The notes beneath the pieces were generated by a model. The model was not told the DNA's origin. It ran no database searches and saw nothing but the letters and a program-made list of their open reading frames with translations. From Hemiscyllium ocellatum (lineage: Eukaryota), in contig NC_083412.1 in the NCBI RefSeq assembly GCF_020745735.1, positions 71,576,320 through 71,640,319 on the forward strand: a DNA stretch of 64,000 bases, written 5' to 3'. The translations under genes and the position numbers were made by a program. Shown piece after piece: positions 52,371-62,900 of this stretch (its first letter is position 1; every line of letters starts with the position of its first letter).

Positions 52371-54359
52371 TCAGGAAGAGGATTGCAGGTTAGGAGGGCG
52401 GTGCTGAGTTGAGGGAACCGACTGAGACAAGGTGGGGGGAGGGGAAATGAGGAAACTGGAGAAATCCGAGTTCATCCCTTGTGGTTGGAGGGTTCCCAGG
52501 CGGAAGATGAGGCGCTCCTCCTCCAGCCGTCGTGTTGTTATGTTCTGCCGGTGGAGGAGTCCAAGGACCTGCATGTCCTCGGTGGAGTGGGAGGGAGAGT
52601 TAAAGTGTTGAGCCACGGGGTGGTTGGGTTGGTTGGTCCGGGCGTCCCTGAGGTGTTCTCTGAAACGTTCCGCAAGTAAGCAGCCCGTCTCCCCAATGTA
52701 GAGGAGGCCACATCAGGTGCAGCTGATGGAATAGATTATGTGTGTGGAGGTACAGGTGAACTTGTGGCGGATATGGAAGGATCCCTTGGGGCCTTGGAGG
52801 GAAGTGAGGGAGGAGGTGTGGGTGCAAGTTTTACATTTCCTGCGGTTGCAGGGGAAGGTGCCGGGAGTGGAGGTTGGGTTGGTGGGGGGTGTGGACCTGA
52901 CGAGGGAGTCACGAAGGGAGTGGTCTTTGCGGAATGCTGATAGGGGAGGGGAGGGAAATATATCCCTGGTGGTGGGGTCCGTTTGGAGGTGGCGGAAATG
53001 ACGGCGGATGATACGTTGTATATGGAGGTTGGTGGGGTGGTAGGTGAGAACCAGTGGGGTTCTGTCTTGGTGGCGGTTGGAGGAGCGGGGCTCAAGGGCG
53101 GAGGAGCGGGAAGTGGAGGAGATGCGGTGGAGGGCATCGTCGATCACGTTTGGGGGGAATCTGCGGTCCTTGAAGAAGGAGGCCATCTGGGCTGTGCGGT
53201 GTTGGAACTGGTCCTCCTGGGAGCAGATGCGGCAGAGGCGAAGGAATTGAGAATATGGGATGGCGTTTTTACAGGGGGCAGGGTGGGAGGAGGTATAGTC
53301 CAGGTAGCTGTGGGAGTCAGTCGGTTTATAGTAGATGTCTGTGTTGAGTCGGTCGCCTGAGATAGAAATGGAAAGGTCTAGGAAGGGGAGGGAGGAGTCT
53401 GAGACAGTCCAGGTGAATTTGAGGTCGGGATGGAAGGTGTTAGTAAAGTTGATGAATTGTTCAACCTCCTCGTGGGAGCACGAGGCAGCGCCAATACAGT
53501 CATCGATGTAGCGGAGGAAAAGGTGGGGGGTGGTGCCAGTGTAGTTGTGGAAGATGGACTGTTCCACATATCCTACGAAGCGGCAGGCATAGCTGGGGCC
53601 CATGTGGGTGCCCATGGCAACTCCTTTAGTTTGGAGGAAGTGGGAGGATTGAAAAGAGAAGTTATTCAGGGTGAGGACCAGTTCAGTCAGTCGAAGGAGG
53701 GTGTCAGTGGAAGGGTACTGGTTGGTGCGGCGGGAAAGGAAGAAGCATAGGGCTTTGAGTCCTTCGTGATGGGGGATGGAGGTGTACAGGGACTGGATGT
53801 CCATCATGAAAATAAGGCGTTGGGGACCGGGGAAGCGAAAATCCTGGAGGAGGTGGAGGGCGTGGGTGGTGTCCCGAACGTAGGTGGGGAGTTCTTGGAC
53901 TAAAGGGGATAGAACTGTGTCAAGGTATGCGGAGATGAGTTCGGTGGGGCAGGAGCAGGCTGAGACAATGGGTCGGCCGGGGCATTCAGGTTTGTGGATT
54001 TTGGGCAGGAGGTAGAAACGGGCGGTGCGGGGTTGTGGGACTATGAGGTTGGAGGCGGTGGATGGGAGATCCCCTGAGGTGATGAGGTTATGGAATGTCT
54101 GGGAGATGATGGTTTGGTGGTGGGAGGTGGGGTCGTGGTCGAGGGGGCGATAAGAGGAGGTGTCCGCGAGCTGGCGTTTGGCCTCAGCGGTATAAAGGTC
54201 GGTGCGCCAAACTACTACCGCGCCTCCCTTGTCTGCCGGTTTGATGGTGAGGTTGGGATTGGAGCGGAGGGAGTGGAGGGCTGCACGTTCTGAGGGTGAG
54301 AGGTTGGAGTGGGTGAGAGGGGTGGACAGGTTGAGTCGGTTAATGTCGCGGCGGCAGTT
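52371..54359 (-). pseudogene. Penelope RT-GIY-YIG ORF, one frame of ~660 codons with a single internal TGA (52713-52715)
   Basis: KPADKGG, FYLLPKIHK..GRPIVS, MDIQSLYTSIP, GVAMG, RYIDD, YYKPTD, IIY..C*CGLLYIGETG; the sister copy has CGA at the stop position. Confidence 0.9.
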
Positions 54360-54771
54360 GGCAGTGCAAAAAATGCCTCAGGAGAGGCTACAAGACAAAG
54401 AACAGGCCTATGTCCCCAGACTTAGAGGAGGAGAGATGTAGTGACTGTTACAAGGTCATCCAAGTAGGCCTCAGAATAGGAGTTCCCTGATTGGAGCTGT
54501 TAATCTGGCTCAAAGAGGGAGCCCTACCTGACAGATATAAACAGGAGTGTCAAAAGGTTCTCTTCATTCCAAGAGTAAATAAAGTTGATGGGACACTAGC
54601 TTCTGTTGAGTTATTTCACACACTTTCGTAAGCAAACCTCTAGAGGAGCAGGGACAAACCTTCTGATTTCCCAGGAAAATCCATTCAAGTCCCTTTGAGT
54701 TCGAAATTACTTCCATTAACAAAATAGCTTAATAACCAACTTATACCTTAATCCTAATGATTGCTCAACTA

Positions 54772-55060
54772 TTAGATTAGATTCCCTACAGTATGGAAAC
54801 AGGCCCTTCAGCCCAACCAGTCCACACCAACCCTCCGAAGAGCAACGCATCCAGACCCATTTCCCTCTGACTAATGCACCTCACAATATGGGCAATTTAG
54901 CATGGCCAATTTACCTAACCTGCACATCTTTGGATGGTGTGAGGAAACCCACACAGACACAGGGAGAATGTGCAGACACCACACAGACAGTCACCCATGG
55001 TTGGAATTGAACCCAGGTCCCTGGCGCTGTGAGGCAGCAGTGCTAACCACTGAGCCACCA
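54772..55060 (-). mobile_element. HE1 SINE
   Basis: ttagattagattccctacag tail to gctaaccactgagccacc head. Confidence 0.85.
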
Positions 55061-55099
55061 TGTCAATCCATTGGTCTTACTTTAAAGACTGGCACCTCA

Positions 55100-55212
55100 G
55101 GTCTTGTGGTACAGTGGAGGTGTGCCTATTTCCAAACTAGAAGACCTAGATTCAAGTCTCTTATGTCTCCCAAGGTGTGACACAGAATGACCAAACAGGC
55201 CGATTGAAATAA
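55100..55212 (+). mobile_element. Short tRNA-derived SINE relic
   Basis: ggtcttgtggtacagtgg A box, gattcaagtc B box. Confidence 0.5.
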
Positions 55213-55399
55213 CTAAAACCTTGCCCTACATTCAAAGAGTGAAATCATCATTCAGCTGTGCACTAGTAAGGCCATTATGAGTGGAGAACTTAAACATGAT
55301 TACTTTCTCAGTCACATGATTGTCAATGATTATACAGTATTTGAAAATGTCTGAATTGGGACTTCCAGCAGTGAATCTTCACATTCATTTGATAGATAA

Positions 55400-55714
55400 T
55401 GGAATCCTTACAGATCAGATGGATGTCATTTAGCCCAATCCTTTGAACAACATCTCATCCAGACCCTGTGACCCCCACGATCCCTGTAACGCTGAAATTC
55501 CCATGGCTAAAATGTACCTAGCCTGCACACTACAGGACAATTTGCATGACCAATCCACCAAAACTGCACATTTTTGGACCGTGAAGGGAAACTGTAGCAT
55601 CCTGTAGAAACCCACACAAACACAGGGAGAATGTGCAAAATCCACAAAGATGGCTGGAATTGAACCTGGATCCCTGGCGCTGTAAGGAAATCAGTGCTAA
55701 CCACTGTGCTGCCC
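55400..55714 (-). mobile_element. HE1 SINE, older copy
   Basis: ggaatccttacag tail, V-domain, gtgctaaccactgtgctgccc head. Confidence 0.75.
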
Positions 55715-55999
55715 TTATTTTTAAGATATTACAGACATTAAGTAATTTTGAAACTTATCATAGAATGTAGTTTTAATATTTACAAAATCTGAATGAAAAT
55801 GTTGTCAGAGCAGTTAGCTAGGATCTTATATTTTAAGACTGAAAATAGAAAACCAGGTGAATACTTTATCATACTCTGTAGACAAATTATTTCCTCGACT
55901 AATACCTGTTCTGACTTAAAACATTTGACAAATTTTTCTTTACTACCTCTTTATTGCTACAATTGTCATCAGAAGATATTTGGCCTCACTGTTTGTAGC

Positions 56000-56144
56000 T
56001 GAAAATGTGTTGCTGGAATTCCTAATGAAGAGCTTATGCCCGAAACGTCGAATTTCCTGTTCCTTGGATGCTGCCTGACCTGCTGCACTTTTCCAGCAAC
56101 ACATTTTCAGCTCTGATCTCCAGCATCTGCAGACCTCACTTTCT
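56000..56144 (+). mobile_element. Mini-Penelope: short inverted arm + hammerhead motif + pLTR + tail
   Basis: 16-bp direct repeat CCTCACTGTTTGTAGC (55984-55999, 56145-56160); core mutated to CTAATGA. Confidence 0.87.
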
Positions 56145-57489
56145 CCTCACTGTTTGTAGCGCTATTCATTAGAGATTAATCATTTAGTGAAATGTAAGGT
56201 TGTTGTCTTATGCAGTACATGGAAATATACGAAAAAAAAGCATTTGTAATGCAGAGCTACTTTCACATTTTACTCCCAGTGTCGAACTTTCTGCCATTTA
56301 GAAGATGTTCATTTTCTGATTCTAATAATTCTCCAACAGGCAAATGGAAAGATCATATGGCATAGCAAAAGCTTGATTATTGACAATTTTATCTTTGCAC
56401 TAGGCAAGGACAGCTGTCCCAAGGGTGAGGTCCTCTCTAAGCGCACAAAATCATGTTCTGGTGGTATCACCAAGATCTGATCTGCCGTACTAACTTGAAA
56501 CTGAACACAAGAGTTGTGGTTGCCTTCCTATTCAGCCAAATCTGCTGGAAGCAAGATCCCTAGCCAGAAGGGCCCAGCAAAGTAAGTTTTTTGTAAAAAA
56601 AACTTTTATTAGTTTCTTTATAAGCCAAGAGGACCACTGAGTGCTTCTCCAGATTCCACAAGGAAACTTTAGACCTCCCCTAATCCATGCTACTTCCTCC
56701 TTCCCCTAACTGGGATTTCCCGCCAGGAAATTTGTGCAACTGAACAACCGCTTCCCACATTGGGAAGTTGGCAAGAGGCATGCTGGTGAGATTGAGCTGT
56801 CAAAAGTGAGTTGAACCAACCAACACAATCCAAGCTGTAATTCCACTAACTTTGCCACATTCATACCCAATGATTACCATTAAAAATGTATACCACACCT
56901 TAAAGCTGCAGAGTTGCAAACGTCACATGATTCCGATCAAAAAATGTGGTGGATCTTCAAAAGCATTGTATCTTTTGTCAATTCCAATCTTGAAGATTGT
57001 TGTTGTAATATAAATGTGATGTAGCACACACACAATAATGTAACACAGTAATACTTATTCCTCTCAGACCCCTCATGTCCAGAACAGCTGTCCATACTTA
57101 GTAGATTGCTACAACTGGCAGGCCACATCTCCACGGCTTAGATCCCATGGCAAGAGTTGTTCATTAGTCGATCTCTACATGGACAGAGGAAAGAGCCTTT
57201 TCTTGTTTATATTCCAGGGCTGCTGCCACTATTATCTCTGCATTTAACCTTCAATAATTATCGTCACTGGAAAAGCAGAACGAATAAGCAAAAGATCAAA
57301 TGACAACCGAACATGGAAAGGGCTCAGGAAGGAAAATAACATGCCAGCAGTTTGAAGACACATTTCAGCACTTGTATCCTGGCTCTGCAGGTAGGGTACT
57401 TGCTGAAAATATTCAGATGTGAGCAAAAAGGTCAGAAGAATCAGTATTTGAGACCAGGAGGCATATTCGGAGCAGTGCACAGAAGGAGG

Positions 57490-57645
57490 TCAAAAAGGTG
57501 TAGTTGGAGTATTTGGCACCAAGATGCCAATGCCAGGTGCAGGACAGTCAATGTTTTGAGCATAAGCCCTTAGTCAGGAAGGGATTTTCCTGCTCCTTGG
57601 ATGCTGCCTGACCTGCTGTGCTTTTCTACTGCCACACTGCTCCAC
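57490..57645. mobile_element. Older palindromic mini-Penelope with a central deletion
   Basis: gagcataagcccttagtcaggaa followed by gattttcctgctccttggatgctgcctgacctgc. Confidence 0.65.
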
Positions 57646-57701
57646 CTTCTATCAAAATGGAGTGCTTATTAAATCAGAGAACAAAGGTAATTGTAGAAGG
57701 A

Positions 57702-57923
57702 GCTGAAAATGTGTTGCTGGAAAAGCACAGCAGGTCAGGCAGCATCCAAGGAGCAGGAGAATCGATGTTTCGAGCATGAGCCCTTCTTCAGGAATTTCCT
57801 GAAGAAGGGCTCATGCCTGAAACGCCGATTCTCCAGCTCCTTAGATGCTGCCTGACCTGCTGCGCTTTTCCAGCAACACATTTTCAGCTCTGATCTCCAG
57901 CATCTGCAGTCCTCACTTTCTCC
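57702..57923. mobile_element. Near-perfect palindromic mini-Penelope (~94-bp arms, 1-nt spacer at 57795) plus 34-nt tail
   Basis: TSD TAATTGTAGAAGGA (57688-57701, 57924-57937); ..cttcttcaggaa|t|ttcctgaagaag.. Confidence 0.92.
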
Positions 57924-58064
57924 TAATTGTAGAAGGAAAATGGTGGGCTGTATTTTACCAGAAAACAGCTAAGTGTCAATTTTGATGAGTTTTGTGGTGT
58001 TTTCTCTCCACAAGGCCCCATGTGATTTTTCACACTAAATTTACCAAACTCCCTGATTTTGTCT

Positions 58065-58213
58065 AGAGCACACCCTGTGCAATGCAACCTATGTGCCTCT
58101 AAGTTTTTTTTCACCTATGATCTGTACTTCCTTGCTTACAATGATCTGTCTGCACTGCTCATAAACAAAGCTTTTCACTGTACTTAGGTACATGTGACAG
58201 TAATTAAATCAAA
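58065..58213 (+). mobile_element. Rex1/Babar-like LINE 3' tail
   Basis: aaagcttttcactgtacttaggtacatgtgaca..aaatcaaa; a related tail lies at ~20065-20085. Confidence 0.5.
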
Positions 58214-59412
58214 ATTTTTTTAAAAAGTCAAATAACAGTCCATCTTGATTCTCCATTCTCCCACTCGCCACGGTCAGAGGTACTCTCCATTGTGGAGATC
58301 TCCCAGGATCCCCTGCCAACACCATCTATAAAGGCCAGCCAAGGGCTGTCAGTCTGCAACTGCTCTGCACGATTCACAAGAGCTGCCTTAGACACGTCAG
58401 ACAAAGAGAATTTCCCACCGTGTCAGTGTCTCCTACCGTGTCAGTGTAAATAATGGACAGGCTCTGACGTCAATCCAGGGACTGGATAACGTCAGTCAGC
58501 CGACTAGGACAGTCAGTGTCAGGATCCTCTCCTCAAAGAGTGTGAAGAGCTGAATTTAAAACACCACGCCACAGATCCTTACAACTGACCGCAGGCCTTG
58601 TTGCCCCTGGGCTGAGACAAAAGGAGGGATTGAGTGAGATGAAAGTGGCTAGCACAGCTGTTAGTACTGGTGCAGGTGGGGAAAAGTGAGTATCTCAATT
58701 ACCTGGGAGGATTCTGCCCTGTGGCAATGTTCATTCTGGTGGGTATTAGATAGTATAGCATTGCAAGCTTAGCCACCTATGGCAAGGTAAATCAAAGGTG
58801 ATCCATGTGTTCCTGACCAATAAAAAGTATGCAATAGCAACAGATCTGAATCATAAAGATGAATTTTTCATGATCCTACCACCATCACCCCTGGCTAAAA
58901 AGTTAAGAGAGAGCCAATCAGAATCCCAACAGCTGCCCTGCAGCAATTATGAGAGCCATTTGCATGAGGTAGCCACTGCTGGAACTGCAGGTATCCCACA
59001 AAGTGGGGACTGGGCAAGTCTGTAGTCAAGGATCTCAGTGTGGAGACCTCAAAGGGTGATGGGTTAGAATCAAGAGGCCACTGGGAAGGGATAAAAGGGG
59101 ACGACCTTGAGGAAGGGATTACCTCCATTACCAAGGAATACCCTTCCTCAATGCTAAAGTGCACAATTAAATTTGCCAGGCTTCCACAGTGCAGGTATCT
59201 GTCCTCTGCCTCAGGTAAAATACCAGTGACAGTGGAATAAAGCCCTCAGTTAGTTTATTTAATGTCTGAATAAGCCAAAGGATAGATGTGCTGCCCACTG
59301 CCTCCTCTGCTCCACCCTCATGCTAGATAATTTCCGAGACAGAGACAGCCTGATATTTTACTCATCTCCACCTTCAAAGCCCCATTGTGGGCAAGCATAA
59401 AATCCACTACTC

Positions 59413-59571
59413 AAAAGTGAGGACTGCAGATGTTGGAAACCAGAGTTTAGAACAGAGTGGTGCTGGAAAAGCATAGCAGGTCATGCAGCATCCAAAGAGC
59501 AGGAAAATCGACGTTTCAGGCAAAAGTCATTCATCAGAAATAGAAGCGGGAAACCGCCAGGGTGGAGAGAT
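59413..59571 (-). mobile_element. Penelope pLTR 3' fragment with decayed hammerhead motif
   Basis: aaagtgaggactgcagatg tail; rc CTGATGAATGACTTTTGCCTGAAACGTC. Confidence 0.78.
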
Positions 59572-61084
59572 CACTTGAGTGTTTAGGGAGCTGTATTTCA
59601 ACCCCTTATTTGTTTTCATTATCTTCCCTGCATTTAGATTCTGCCAGACATTCTGATATTAATTTTATTTTTTTCAGAGGAGTTAACACACTTGCAAAAT
59701 AATTCAAAGGAGATAATTCTGGAAATCAGGGAATAAATGGCCAAATCCAGTTCAGGTTTGGAATTTGATTTAATGGCCATCCCTAAAGCAATATTAAAAG
59801 ATTATCAAGGTTGACAGTGCGACCTACTTCAATATCAATCTGCAGTCCCCTGAAATTGTTTATTGGTGTATGCTTGAAGAAGGTATACAACTTCATCTAT
59901 TGAATGAAAACACTGATGTGAGTACTTGATGATTCAGCATTATTAAAAGTGTGGCACAGAGAGTTTGTATTGTTGTATATGCCGGTTATTCCTAAATAGG
60001 CAATTTCTTTTATCAAAAAAAAGATTCAAATGCAGATGTCCCTGGCAACATTGTTCCATTAAATAGCCCACAGCTAACAGTGATAAAAAGATAACACAGG
60101 ATATTTGCATTATTTGATATTCCTCAGCAATTTCAGCATTGAAGTTGAATTTGATTGAAATCTGTAATGGATTTGTCTGAAGTGATTGAATATTTGGAAT
60201 TATAACTCCTTGCATCTGCTTGAAACATCTTAAAATTAAATGTCAATGATGGTGTCAGGTCACTTCAATCAGCATAGATTTTTGTTTCAATATTTGTAGT
60301 AATCTGAGGATTACATTTTGAGTGAACAGGCTTTATTAAAACATAGCTATTAAGGCATGGGAAGAGAGGAAATCCTGCTGGTTCTTTAGAGACTTAGGCT
60401 CCAAGTTCCATTAATCTTAAATCACAATGATATAGCTCTTTTCTCATACTATGTGGCTATTTTTAGTGTAAAGATATAACTAACTTTTTATCTCTCAAGG
60501 TATTTTACAGTCTCCTATGAACACTTAATTGAATAGTTAGCTCATAGCTCCTACTCCACCCCTCACCTCCTCTGCCCACCCCCCACACCAAGTCTTTTTG
60601 GCTGGAGGCATTAATAAAGAGCTAAGAATGTTGGAGATTACAGGGTTGGAGAGGAAAAGCAACTCCTCTGTAGGCAAAGAGATCCTGGAACTCTGGCAGA
60701 AAAGTAGGAGTGCATTTTCATCTATGAAGAAACAACTTCTGAATCTGGATCTTTAAGAAGTTCCTGCATAATGTTTTGTCTGTTAAAGTGGATGGCAAAT
60801 TGCTTTACTTCATGTTTTTCTAAACAAATTTTCAAAAGAGCGTCCTTCTTCAATAGGGGATCTTAATCTTTCACAGGGGCTTGCTTTTCCATTAATGTGT
60901 GCTGTGAATTTAAAAAATGCATTTTGTCCTTTCTTGCAAGGATGTCATTTTAAAACATAACATTATCATGCACTACTCATAGCAGCTTAAGAAAACTTTC
61001 TAATAGTTCAGTGACTTTGAAGCTCTGAGCATTTCTGTCAAAAGAAACACTTCTTTTCCCATTGTGTGGCTCATTAGGCTGCTC

Positions 61085-61232
61085 ATTCAGAGAGAACTGG
61101 TAATGGAGTTTAACCGGAGCATTACCACGCCTCAGGCAAAGTCAAAAGGCAGCAGGATCTTCATGGTGACCCTGCATTGTTGGCATCATTCCACATCACA
61201 AAGCAGCTATCCAGCATACTGAGCTAACTGAC
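61085..61232 (-). mobile_element. tRNA-derived SINE relic (third family)
   Basis: rc gtcagttagctcagtatgctggatagctg.. tRNA-like A-box head. Confidence 0.5.
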
Positions 61233-61259
61233 TGACCTCATTGTGTGTTATGTCAATTG

Positions 61260-62900
61260 GCTGGTGTGGAAGCATGTGGGAAATCAGCCAAAGACTTCTC
61301 TTTTAAAGACTTTACGATCGACCGTGTTGTATAATTACAGTCATTGGACTTTTAGGCCAACTATCTCAGAGGTGGTTAGACTGCTCCAATTCTTGTTTAA
61401 CTTTGATCTCAGTTCCTTTTTTATGTTCAAATTGAAGTTTTCAATGTCTCTTCAAACTTTATACAGTTTGGTTTTGGGTTTCTTTGCTGAGAAACAATTG
61501 GTGTGTTTCCATAGAGTAACGATGGGGCTCAGTTTCAGGCTTTTGTTTTTTTTGGTAGCTTAAAAAGTTTGGGATGTTGACTATGGGCATGATCCAACCT
61601 GATCTATAAATGATCCTTTTGCCTGGATTGATTTTCCTTAGCTCATTGCCATTGTTGAACGATCATTTCCATTTCTCCCAAGAAGAATGTCCCTTGGTCC
61701 TCCTTTCCAGCTGCTTCTTGGACATTTGAAGACTGGAATAGTCACTTTGGAAATTTTGTACTGTAGGATGAAATCGTCTGTAAAACCACTTAACATTTGA
61801 AATTGCTGGCTGGGCAGATGAATATTGGTATGGACTTTCCCTGCCACATTTAGATAAGAAGCAATGGCAGGAACATTGCCCTTTCCCCCTTGTAGTTGCT
61901 GTCTTCTTAGCACATTAGTGGCCCTCATATTAACCAAGTGGAGTGCACCAGAGTCAGCGCACTGATCCCAGAAAAATTCTGTCCTCTTGGCTGTTAAAAA
62001 AAAAGCTAATGCTGGTGAAGTTCAACCTGCCTGTTGTGGTATCTTCAAAAGGTCTTTCTTCAATTGTAGAAATTCTTATAGGGCTTCACTACAATCTCAT
62101 CTCATGCCAGGTCCTATTTTAAGTTTTCATTTTAGTAATAATCCACAAGGTGGTACAATTTGTTTATAAAAACAAAAAGGAGCTGATTTTTCTTCACTGT
62201 GTTGATTAAAAAACTTGCCATTTAGATGGGATTTTAAACTGAAATAGGATTCAAAAGCTTTAGTTACCTATGTATGTTGGAGTTTCTTCTACTGTATATT
62301 GTCTGGAAAGAATGGCAATGGCTTTGCTGTCGATAATGAAAACCATATGCTAACTTTATTATTGCTTTGTATTGACTGGTATTAAAGCATAACAGTATCC
62401 AAAAAAAAATGTAATTGTACCCAAAAACAACCTGATCAAGGTCCTGTGTATTCTCAGGAGGTCAGGTTAAAAAGAAAGTTTCACTTCTTCACTTAATTTA
62501 CTATTTTGGCTACAGTGACCAAAATGCTTCCTTTGTTTCTTGCGTTTTTTCAGATATACCATGGCCCTTCCCTCTCTGATCCAAATGTGTAGGTCTCTTC
62601 TCTTACATGATTATACTTTTTTTATAAAGCTGGTTTGCAGGAATTCAGTGAGACCAATCGACTTTCTCAAGTTGCTTGCCATATAATCTGCCACAGGTCT
62701 TTTCCTGAAGTTTTACATTTTTTGAGTGGGCATCCATCTCCACAATGCAGCCCCTATGCAGGTTGTGAAGACAGCCTTTTTAGAGCTTCGTGTTGCCAGT
62801 GAGCCCTCAGTATTTTCCCACCATTTCTGAAGACAGATTGCTGGACTAGCCTCAGGACTCACCCATGACATTTTACACTCACTCAGTTTCAATACTTACC
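61260..62900 (-). pseudogene. Possible ancient L1/Tx1-type LINE ORF2 relic
   Basis: ORF 61638-61937 LQGGKGNVPAIA..KCPRSSW resembles Tx1 post-RT 'GGKNVPN..PSSW'; other motifs only weakly recognisable. Confidence 0.3.

Larger units (their letters stand above)
52144..54361 (-). mobile_element. Young 5'-truncated Penelope-like element (Neptune type)
   Basis: Perfect 14-bp TSD CAGTGCAAAAAATG (52130-52143, 54362-54375); RT + Cys-rich linker + GIY-YIG; pLTR with hammerhead. Confidence 0.95.
48519..54618 (+). mobile_element. Mag-type Gypsy LTR retrotransposon, two LTRs, decayed gag-pol, Penelope nested at 52144-54361
   Basis: LTRs 48519-48736 and 54437-54618 (TG..TTATTTCA); PPT AGAGGAGGAGAGA; TSD CATAC/CACAC; gag PEAQDTKIFQELTDLVKEYY; RNase H TDHKSL; integrase FLIIMDAYSK. 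Confidence 0.9.

Noticed and set aside
52713-52715. In-frame TGA in the Penelope ORF as selenocysteine or readthrough (some Penelope clades encode selenoproteins)
   Set aside because: The sister copy has CGA (Arg) at this codon (~31358); ordinary CpG deamination explains it
57945-59410. Possible decayed PIF/Harbinger element (GGGCTGTATTTT start; similar termini at ~36045 and ~44950; weak transposase-like traces at 38380-39080)
   Set aside because: Could not pair TIRs or recover convincing catalytic motifs by eye
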